From NCBI RefSeq assembly GCF_036321535.1, contig NC_087437.1, positions 63,676,001-63,740,000 on the forward strand: DNA of 64,000 bases, given 5' to 3'. This stretch comes from Camelus dromedarius (Eukaryota). The position numbers and the translations under genes are program-made. The notes beneath the pieces were generated by a model that ran no database searches, was not told the origin of the DNA, and saw only the letters and a program-made list of their open reading frames with translations. Positions 25,673 through 36,470 of the stretch are shown here, in pieces (positions within the stretch are counted from its first letter, which is position 1; the number at the start of each line of letters is the position of its first letter).

Positions 25673-28074
25673 TCACACAGGATTTCTTAAATGCTGTGGT
25701 TGCAACCTTCAACCAAAGACTTGTAATACTTTCATTTATGCAGTGTTTTTCTTTTTGGAGATGAGAATTTAAAAGTCCAATTGGGATGTGTCTTTTACAG
25801 GACTGCAAGGAAGAGTTGTTTCTTTAATCATATGGTATAGTTTGTATTGAAAGCAGTATTATTAATTTTTCTGTGTTGTGCTTAAGATTAGACTGTGGAA
25901 GAGGCATATTGGATATGGTGATTCTCAGTTAACTCCAGAGTATGGTTATCCCACTTTGTTGGGATGGAAATTGGAGGTGGGGTGACTGGAACTGATACTC
26001 CTCCTAAGATGTTACATTGTGCATTTGGTGAACTTTTGTGTTGGAAATTATACTGTCAATATAAATAACTTTGGAAGTTCTCTTTTGATTGAAAACTGTA
26101 GAACAGGAGCTCAGTCATAGCCCAGAGGGTACTGTGTCTGAAGTTGAATATTAGCACTTTGATATCATCAACAGACAAGGACAGAAGCCCTTTCACTTAG
26201 ATATCCCAGATTTGTAGTTTCAGATATTTGCTGTATGTTCCAGCTTGCACTCCTCTCTTAAATCTTTTATTTAATTATTTTTAAAAAGTGAACTTTAAGA
26301 AATTTGCAATCACCTTAATATCTGTGGATAACAAATGGCTTCAGATTGATTTTATTAAGTTACAAATTGGTGCCAAGGAGGAAGGAGCAGCTGCTGAGGA
26401 GGTGAGCACCAGAAGATCCCATCTCCTCCGACCAGAAATGTTTTCCCTCCCACCAGTTAGAGTAACTAAATCCTCTCCAAACCACAGTACCCCGTCGTCC
26501 TTGAGAGGTTCAAGCATTAACAGTCCGGTATTGTGAAGGAACCTCCATGACGTATTACTAAAACCAGACCCACAACCCCCCGTGTTGTGCAGAAGAGAAT
26601 TCTGAAAGGGGAGCATCCCGGAGGGGAGTGGCAATTCCCCTGGGTTCGCTCACCTGGAATTCTGCTTTCACCCCTGTGCCCGGCCCTCAGGGGTATGGCT
26701 GGGCACAAAAACAAAACTGCGTTCTTTGGCTCCTCTTAGCTTAATTGACATTTTAAAAATGAACTTTACCAATAGTGAGGAAGAACAAAAAGGGGATGAA
26801 TAACACAAACATGAATAAAAAATGGTTCAGATTTAGATCCAGAAGTTGCTTTCTGCCTGGGGGCGTGTTTAGTGGAAGGAGAAGCCTCTTGAGGTGTGGA
26901 AGTGGACTAACCTTGCCCAGCAGACCAGCGTGTGTCCGCTGTGTAGAGGCTGCCTGGGTGCCGGGGGGAGGCTAGAGGCCTGGTAGGAGGTTGCCAAAGT
27001 CAACCTTTATTTCCTTTCAGCTCTGTCTTTGTCATTTATTAAGTACAGTCATTTTCCAGCATCCTGATCCCGAAACTCTACCAAGACCATATGACCATGT
27101 TCAAACTGTAATCTCCCAAATCAGTTAAGCCCTTCAGACCAGCCTAGCTTAGTCTCCCTCTGCTTTGGCTCTTCCATCATTCTGTTGCCTCCTGATCACA
27201 TTTTACCTCCTCCCCTCTAGACCGGGGGAGAAGAGGAAACAAAAACAGTTTTAGTGCCTGCACCTTCTGCTCCTGATACCCAAAGCTTCAGCCACTGTTC
27301 TCTGAATAAACTTTGCATTTTCACACTACATAATTTTGTATGTAAAATATCCTTTGCCTGAAACAGCCAGCTCTGTAAGTTGGTCTCTGTTCTGAGTGAA
27401 TGTACTGAGATGAAGGGAAGGGAGAAGTATGCCCACCAGGAGCCCAAAAGTGCCTGAGCAGAGAAGGTGGGTCGGGACTTACCCAGAGTTCACGCATGCC
27501 GCGTGGCACCTAGCAAACACTCAGGAAGCTGTAGCAGCTCTTTCATTGATGATTAGTGGGCAAAACATAATCCCTTAGGGTTTCTGTGCCCAGTTGGCAA
27601 TCAGAAGGGAAAGCAATGAAGAGAGTCTAGATCAAGGAATTTTACCTTCTGCCATCCTTGCAGGAACAGCTAGGGTTTGGTTTGAATGAAAACCTGTTAT
27701 TGAGGAATTTAAAACATCTTCTCTGGAAGGTAAACCTATCTTGTTTTCCAGTCCATCAGGAACCAAACTAAGGCAAACCAACCCTACTGGAAACACAATT
27801 AGTTTGTGACAAGTCAGGCCTCAACCCTCTGGGTGTTAGTTTTCACATCTGAAGAGCTAGGAGTTGGACCAGATAATAGATGATCTATCTCTAGCATTCC
27901 TTACAGCTGGATGACCTGAAGTTCTGTGAAACTGATGTAGCTTCAGAGATGAAGGTCAGTTATCTAAGCAGTGATACGAAAGGAGGATATGCTGGATATT
28001 TAAATATACCTATGTATGAGTATTAGGAAACTTGTTCAAGTACAGTAGTTTTAGTATATTCTTCCACTCAATGC

Positions 28075-28497
28075 TTTTTAAAAATTGAAGTATAGTTTAT
28101 ATACAATAGTATGTAAGTTACAGGTGTACAATACAGTGATTCACAATCTTTAAAGATTATACTCCATATATAGTTATTATAAAATAGTGGCTATATTCCC
28201 TGTGCTGTACAATAGATCCTTATAGCTTATTTATTTTATACATAGGAGTTTGTACTTCTTAAGTCCCTCTCACCTTCCCCTCCCTACTGGTAACCACTAG
28301 TTTGTTCTCTGTATCTGTGAGTCTGTTTCTTTTTTGTTATATCCACTAGTATGTTGTATTTTTTTTTAGATTCCACATACAAGTGATATCATATAGTATT
28401 TTCTTTCTCTGTATGACTTGTTTCACTTAGTATAGTACTCTCCATGTTGCTGCAAATGGCAAAATTTTCATTCTTTTTTATGACTAAGTAGTATTCC

Positions 28498-28560
<63 letters not shown>

Positions 28561-29192
28561 TCCACATCTTTATCCAGTCATCTGTTGATGGACATTTAGA
28601 TTGCTTCCATATCTTGGCAATTGTAAACAATGCTGCTATGAACATTAGGGTGCATTATTTTTTCAAATTAATGTGTTTGTTTTTTTCAGGTATATACCCA
28701 GAAGTGGAATCGCTGGGTCATATGGTACTTCTATTTTTAGTTTTTTGAGAAACTTCCATACTGTTCTCCACAGTGGCTGCACCAATTTACATTCCCAACA
28801 ACAGTGTGCAAGGGTTCCCTTTTCTCCACATCCTCACCAATATTTGTTATTTGTGTTCTTTTTGATGATAGCCATTCTGACAGGTGTGAGGTAATATCTC
28901 ATTGTGGTTTTGATTTGCATTTTCCTGGTGATTAGTGATGTTGAACATCTTTTCATGTCCTCTTTAGAAAAATGTCTGTTCAGGTCTTCTGCCCGTTTTT
29001 TAATCAGGTTATTTGTTTCTTTGATGTTGAGCTGTATAGGCTGTTTATATATTTTGGATATTAACCCCTTATCTGTCATATCATTTGCAAATGTTTTCTA
29101 CCATTCAGCAGGTTGTCTTTTTGTTTTGTCGGTGGTTTCCTTTGCTGTGAAAAAGCTTTTAAGTGTAATTAGATCCCATTTGTTTATTTTTG
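28075..29192 (-). mobile_element. L1 3' portion (ORF2 C-terminus plus 3'UTR) containing a (TG)n microsatellite
   Basis: Minus ORF 28834-29079 ([12 protein letters not shown]...[44 protein letters not shown]) is L1 ORF2p. Confidence 0.92.
28500..28552 (+). repeat. (TG)~26 perfect microsatellite
   Basis: Uninterrupted GT repeat 28501-28552. Confidence 0.97.
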
Positions 29193-29989
29193 CTCTCTCG
29201 GTGCATTTGGAAAGCCCCATCAGAGAGCAGAATTGGGATAGGAGATGGGCACACATGCACACTTTCCATAGCATACATTTATTTACCCATGATCATCACT
29301 AGATGGCGCACTTGTATTAGCAAAGAGACATTCTTGGAAGTTAAGGACCTCTGGAGGACATCTAATAAAAATAGACAGTAATGAATCAGTAGCTGAAACT
29401 GAAGAATGAGCAAGTTAACCAGGGAAAAGAGAAGTGGATGGTTTTCCATCACTGTCTCATGACTTGATCATTAATATTTTAGGTAACAAAATCTGAAACT
29501 TTCTGCATTGCCCTGGAGATTATCTTATAAGTATTCCTTAATTGTAGGTACAAGGTATCTTTAAAATAAAAAATTTACTTAATTTGCTTAATTAAAAAGG
29601 TAGAGGCAAACAAAGTATCTCTGAAGTTCTCTGGTCAGATGGTTTATGACAGTCTGAAGTCAGTAAACCTGCCTCTTATGTTCTTAGCTTCGAAAGAAAG
29701 GTTAGTCCAACAAAGCTAGAAACACCGAGTGACTGAATTAATTCCATTGAACCAAAAAGTGAAAGTTTGAGTCATCTTTTAACAAAAGAATTCTTTGATT
29801 TATGATTCTGTGGCAGGAGTTGAATGGTTAAATAATGTGTTAATAAAGGAAGCAAGAACACTTTGGAATATCTGTATAATATGGTCTGTCTTTAATAGTT
29901 CTGTACAGCTTTCCTGGGGAAGAAATTTACCCTCTTACTTCATCTTGAACATTCTTCCACTAATATTTTTCTTTTCATAACAGTTCCGA

Positions 29990-31820
29990 CCTCATGTTCT
30001 TTCAGTTTGCAATCTGCATTTGAGAGTCATCCGTATCTTTGCATGGTTTGATAGTCCATTCTTCTTTATTTCTAAGTAGTATTCTACCATATAAATGTAC
30101 AGTTAGTTTATCCATTTACTTATTGAAGGACGTCTTCTTTGCTTCTGATTTGGGATTGTTATGAATAAAGATACTGTAAATGGTCATGTGCTGGTTTTGT
30201 GTGGATAAAATTTTTTTTTGCATTTTCATATCACTTGAGTATTTACCAAGTAGCCCAATTATTGGATCATATAGCGAGACTGTTTAGCTTTGTAAGAAAT
30301 TGCCAAACTGTTCCACCTAGCTGCGCCATTTTGCATTCCCATCAGCAACGAATGAGAGTTCCTGTTACTCTGCAGCCTCACCAGCAGTTGGTATCTTGGA
30401 TTTTAGCAATTCTAATGTGTGTGCAGTGATTTCCTTTATTTTAATGTTCATTTCTTAAATGACAAATGATGTGGACATTTTTTCATACTCTTATTTGCCA
30501 TTTGTATATCTTCTTTGATGAGGTTTCTGTTTAGATATTTTGCCCATTTTTTAACTGAGTTGTTTGTTTTTATTAAGATTTTAAAATTCTAACTATATTT
30601 TGGATACAAATCCTTTATCAGAGATGTGTTTAGCACATGTTTTCTCCCAGTCTGTGACTTGTCTTTTCATTCTCTTTATAGTCTCCTTCACAAAGCAAAA
30701 GTTTTTAATTTTAATAAATACCAGTGTAACCAACTTAACAAAAGTTTAGCTTAAAACCAATTAACTTAACACTTAACCAGCTTAAAACCGAAAAATTGCT
30801 TTTGTGAAGGAATTTTTTCTTTCATGGATTGTGCTTTTGATGTTGTATCTAAAAACTTATTACCAAACCCAAGATTACATAGATTTTCTCCTGTGTTTTC
30901 TTCCTGAAGTTTTGTAGCTTTACACTGTAGAGATAGGTCTGTGATCCATTTTGAGTTAATTTTTGTGAAAAATACTTAGTCTGTGTCTAGATTCATTTTT
31001 TTGATATGGACATTTAGTTGTTCTAGCACCATTTATTAAAAAAGATTATCCTTTCTCCATTGAATTGTCTTTGTGCCTTTGTTGAAGATAAGTTGATATA
31101 TTTGCATGGGTTTATTTTTAGGCTCTCTATTCTGTTCTGTTGATCTAAATGTCTATTATTTTGCCAATACCATACTTTTTTATATCTACAAAGTAGCTTC
31201 CTAGGATTTTTTGGATTTTTTTTTTTTTTCAGTGGAGGTACTGGGGAGTAACCCAGGATGTTGTGCATGCTAAGCATACACTCAATCACTGAGCTGTTAC
31301 CCCCACTTTGCTTCCTGGGATTCTGATTGAGATTGGGTTGAACCTGTAAGTCATGTTGGGAAGAACTGACATCTTAACAGTACTGAGTCATTGAACCCAC
31401 AAACATGGAATAACTCTCTGTTTATTAAGAACGTCTTTGATTTTTTTCAATCATTGTTTTGCAGTTTTCCACATAAAAATCCTGTACCTATTTTGTTAGA
31501 TTTGTACCAAAGTATTTCCTTTTTTTAATGTTATTACAAATTTATTTTTTAATTTCAAATTCTAATTATTCATTGCTAGTATGTAAGAAAGCAATTGCCT
31601 TTTTATATATTGACCTTGTATCCTGCAACCTTGCTATACTTGCTTGTTAATTCCAGGAGGTCTTTTTTTTTTTTTTTTTTTTTTTCTGGTAGATTCTTGG
31701 GGATTTTCTGCATAGATAATCATGCTGTCTGTGAATAAAGATGGGTTTTTTTCTTCCTTTCCAATTTGTATACTTTACTTCTTTTTCATCTTACTGCACT
31801 AGCTAGGGCTTCCAGTTTGA
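29990..31820 (-). mobile_element. Older L1 ORF2 fragment
   Basis: Minus-strand ORF2 motifs (KVWYWQNNRHLDQQNRIES..INP...FFNKWC in 31023-31190). Interrupted by a SINE. Confidence 0.85.
31196..31322 (-). mobile_element. Camelid Vic-type tRNA-derived SINE (short form) with 13-bp TSD
   Basis: Reverse complement reads ggggtaacagctcagtgattgagtgtatgcttagcatgcacaacatcctgggttactccccagtacctccactg-A tail, homologous to 44774-44850. TSD GCTTCCT(A/G)GGATT at 31196-31208 and 31310-31322. Confidence 0.85.
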
Positions 31821-32826
31821 CATTCATTGTGTTCTCTACTCAGTATGATAAAGCCCTTCCCACATCAGTTCTTCTTCCAAACCAATTTTGAACGGATACA
31901 CACTTTCTACTTCATATTCACTAGCAGGGTGTAAAATTCAGTATTTAACCATAAGATTGTTCTAGATTTTTTTTTTTTTTTTAGGTCTTCTATATCCTCA
32001 TGTTTTGTCTGCTTGACTTGTGTTTCACTGAGTGGGAATGTTAAAGTCTCCAGCTATTAATGTGTTTTCTAATTTTCCTTCCTTCTTCCATAGCTTCTGC
32101 TTTAACAAAGATAGTTGCTGCTATTTAGTGTTAGGTATTCGTTATTTGGTGAAAGATATTTGTAATTGTTACATCTTCATTGTGAATCATGGCTGTTAGG
32201 ACTGAAAAATGTCTTTTACTTGTGTTCTTTCTGAATCACTTTTGTATTAATGTAGAGTTGGGCCTTGTTTCGTGACTTAATTTGAAATCTCTTTCCTTTA
32301 GTAGGTGAATTAAGTCCATTTACAGTTCTTGAAATGATAATATGTTTGGTTTTTCTCTGTCACATTTTCATTGTAATTGCTACATATACTATATTTGCTG
32401 TGTTTACGTACATGATATGTTTTCTTTGCTTTTTAAAATATTTATTTTAGTGTTTAGAAGGGTTTGCTATTGTTCCAGTTGTTACCTTCGTATTTATACC
32501 TTTGTAAAGGCCCCCATAGTCTTCTGTTTTCTTATTTTACCTGTTACTGTCTAGTTTGTCAGGTTTTAAGATTTCTTTGGACTCTCACCTATCGCCAGTA
32601 GAACAAACAGTGAGCTTATTCTGCCTTCTTCTTTGCCACCTCCTCGTCCCATTTTTTTACTTATTTTATTTTTACTTTATCAAAACACAGAAGATTTTTA
32701 TATTATTCTTCTCCCCATCCCCATTTTGTTTAAGTCTACACTTAAAAATATTAAATGTTTATTATCAGTCTTTTTCCTGTTAACGTTGGTTGGATGAAAC
32801 TCACCCTCTTGTAGTGTTAGGGACTA

Positions 32827-33085
32827 TGAAGGGTCTGAGATTTTTTATCTTACTTGTAAGTTAACAAGTTAGCTGGTTACTGTTTCATGGATGCTGGCAG
32901 CATGTAGTGGTTTGTGTTATAGGAGAGGAACATGGAACTTGGGGAATATATTGCTTTTATGGTAAGTGGAAGCAAACTTGCTCTTTATTTTAGGGGTGGA
33001 TGCTACCTTATCCCTCAAGGTTACTCCGTGCAAACACAAACCTAAGAAATGACCTGAGTAAAAAGTAGTCAGGCCTTGTCCAGAG
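32827..33085. mobile_element. ERVL-class LTR fragment (MER76-like, tentative)
   Basis: tgaagggtctgagattttttatcttacttgtaagttaacaagttagctggttactgtttcatggatgctggcag resembles a recalled ERVL LTR terminus. Family name uncertain. Confidence 0.4.
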
Positions 33086-33334
33086 CTGGTGGGCACAGTA
33101 TTTCCCTAGTTCATACATGTTTAAGACTTTGTATACAGATTTGATATTTAAAGTGCTGATTTGCTAGATATAAAATCCTTAGTTCACACTTTCTTCCCTT
33201 GAATTTCTTAAAAATATTGCCCCATTATTGCCTTGCTTATATGTTTCTCCTGGGAAGTCTGATGCCAACCTAATTGTCTTGCCCTTTTAAGATAGTCTGT
33301 CTTTTTACCTGAGAACCATAAGGATTTTCTCCAC

Positions 33335-36300
33335 CTTTATTGAGGTAGAAAAATTATATATATTTACAGTATACAATGTGGTATTTCAATATAAATAAAA
33401 ATTGTTAAATGATTACCACGATGAAGCTAATTAACACACCTCACAGTTATTGGGGGGTTTTTTTTCCCTCATACTGAGAATGTTTACGATTACTCTTTTA
33501 GCAAATTTCAGGCTTACAGTATAATGGTATTAACTACAGTCACTATAGTGCACATTAGTTCTCCAGAACTTACTCATTCTGCACAACTGAATCTTTGTGT
33601 TCTTTGACCAACACCTCGGCTTTTCCCCTATCCCACAGCTCTTGGTAACCACCATTCTGTTCTTTTCTTCTATGCGTTTGACTTTTTTTTAAGATTCCTC
33701 CTATGAATGAGATCATGCAGTATTTCTCTTTCTTGTCTGGCTTATTTCATTTAGTATAATGTCTGGGTTTACCCATGTTGTTGCAAGTGACAGAACTTCC
33801 TTCTCTTTTAAGGCTGAATAATATTCAAAGGTATGTGTATCACATTCTTTTTACCCATTCATCCATCTTTAAACACTTAGGTTGATTACATATCTTAGCT
33901 GTTATGAATAATGCTGCAATGAACAAGGGAGTGCAGGCATCTCTAAGATATTGATTTCATTTCCTTTGTGTATATACCCAGAAGTGGCATTGCTGGATCA
34001 TGTGGTAATTCTATTTTAAAATTTTTGAAGAATCTCCCTACCATCTTCTGTAATGGCTGTACCAATTTATATTTCTACCAACAATGTATAAGAACTCCTT
34101 TTTCTCCACACCCTCGCCACCACTGTTTATCTTTTAGCTTTTTTATAATAGCCTTTTAAATGGGTGTGAAGTGGTATCTCTTGTAGTTTTGATTTGCATT
34201 TCCCTAATGGTTAATGTTGTTGAGCTTTTTTTCATGTACCTGTTGGCCATTTGTACGTCTTCTTTTGAGAAATGCCTATTCAGGTCTTTTGCTTATTTTC
34301 TACTTGGGTATTTGTTTTCTTGCTATTGAGTTGTTTGAGTTCCTTATATATTTCGGATATTAGCTCCTTATCAAATGTATTATTTGCAAATATTTTCTCC
34401 CATCATGTCGGTTGTCTTTTCATTCTGTTGATTGTTTCCTTTGCTGTACAGAAGCCTTTTAGTTTGATGCAATCCCATTTGTCTAATTTTTATTTTGTTG
34501 CCTGTGCTTTGGGGATTATGTCCAAAAAAAGTTGCCCAAACCATTGTCAAGAAGCTTTTTCCCTGTACTTTCATCTAGTAGTTTTATAATTTCAGATCTT
34601 ATATTTTAAATCTTTAATTCATTTTGAGTTGATTTTTTACATGGTCTGGCATAAGGGTCTACTTTGTTTCCTCTGCATGTGGATATACAATTTTCCCAGC
34701 ACCATCACTGGAGAGACTGTTCTTTCCCTGTTATGCGTTTTTGGCAACTTTTTCAAAGATAAGTTGACGATAAGTGTATGCTCTTATTTCTGGGCTCTCT
34801 GTTCTGTTCCGTTGGTCTATATGTTTGTTCTATGCCAGTGCCATGTTGTTTTGATTACCAAAGCTTTATAGTATATTTTGAAATCAGGTAGTGTGATGCC
34901 TCCAGCTTTGTAGTTTGTTTGTTTTGGGTTGTTTTGCTTGTTTGTTTTTGCTCAAGATTGCTTTGGCTTTTCAAGGTTCTTTGTGGCTCCATATGAATTT
35001 TAGGATTTTTTTTCTATTTCTGTAAAAAAAATACCATTGGAATTTTGAAAGGAATTACATTGACTCTATAGATCATTTTGGGTGGTGTGGATATTTTAAC
35101 AATATTAATTCTTTCAAAGGATATCTTTCCATTTATTTGTGTCTTCAATTTCTTTTATCGGTGTTTTATAATTTTCAGTGTACAGATCTTCTATCTCCTT
35201 AGTTAAATTTATTCCAAAGTATTTTAATATTTTTTGGTGCTATTGTAAATATGATTGTTTTCTTAATTCTTTTTTGGATAGTTCATTATTAGTGTGTAAA
35301 AACACAACTGATTTTTCTTTGTTGATTTTGTGTCCTGAAACTTTAATGAACAGTTTTTTTTTTGGGGGGGTGGAATTTAGAGTTTTCTGCATAGAAGATC
35401 ATGTTATTTGCAAACAAAAATAATTTTCCTTCTTTCTTTCTGGTTTGAATGCCTTTCATTTCTTTTTCTTGCATAGTTACTATGGGTAGGATTTCCTGTA
35501 CTGTATTGAAAATAAGTGGTGAAAGTTGGCATCTTTGTCTTGTTCCTTATCTTAGAGAAAAAGCTTTCAGCTTTTCACCATGGAATATGATGTTAGCTGT
35601 GGGTTTGTCATAAATGACCTTTATTATATTGAGATTCATTCCTTCTGTACCTAATTTGTTGAGATTTTTTTTTCATGAAAATGTTCTGAATTTTGTCTGA
35701 TGCTTTTTTGCGTCTATTGAGATGACTGTGATCTGCCCTCTTGGCGCAGCAGGCAGCGCGTCAGTCTCATATTGAGATGACTGTGTGATTTTTATCCTTT
35801 ATTTTGTTAATGTAGTGTATTGCATTTATTGATTTTCATATGTTGAATCATTCTTGCATTCCAGGAATACATCGCATTTGATCATGGTGTGTCATCCTTT
35901 TAAAGTACTGTTGAATTGGTTTGCTAGTATTTATTGATGATTTTTGCATCTGTGTCCATCAGATATATTGGCCTATCATTTCCTTTTCTGAGTTTAGAGG
36001 TGTTCTCTTCAATTTTTTGGAAGAGTTTGAGAGTCACATTAAATCTTCTTTAAATGTTTGGTAGAACTCAACTAGTAAAGCTGTCAGTTCCTAGGCTTTC
36101 CTCATTAGGAGGTTTTTGATTATGGATTCCATCTCCTTACTCATTAGTCTGTTCAGATGTTCTTTCTTCTCGATTCAGTCTTAATAGGTTGTATTTCTGG
36201 GATTTATCCATTTCTTCTAGCATGGCATATAAATGTTTCTGCTAGTCTCTTGAGATCCTTTGTATTTCTGTGGTATCAGCTGTAATGTCTCTTTTTTCAC

Positions 36301-36470
36301 TTATAATTTTATTTATTTGATTCTTTTTTTCTTAGTCTAGCTAAAGATTTGTCAATTTTATCTTTTATTAAAAACAGCTTAGTTTCATTCTTTTCTATTG
36401 TTTTTCTAGTTCTATTTTATTTACTTCTGCTCTAATCTTTATTATCTCCTTCCTTCCGATAACTTCGGGC
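33335..36470 (-). mobile_element. ~3.1-kb L1 (L1MA-like) 3' half, degenerate ORF2
   Basis: Continuous antisense L1 ORF2 and 3'UTR motifs (tgctgtacagaagccttttagtttgatgcaatcccatttgtc; gtagtgtgatgcctccagctttg; atgatgttagctgtgggtttgtcata). Confidence 0.9.
35735..35771 (+). pseudogene. Tailless retropseudogene: 5' half of elongator tRNA-Met(CAT)
   Basis: GCCCTCTTGGCGCAGCAGGCAGCGCGTCAGTCTCATA matches nt 1-37 of mammalian tRNA-Met-CAT (recalled GCCCTCTTAGCGCAGCGGGCAGCGCGTCAGTCTCATA), with anticodon CAT at 35768-35770. Flanked by perfect TATTGAGATGACTGTG at 35715-35730 and 35770-35785. Confidence 0.88.
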
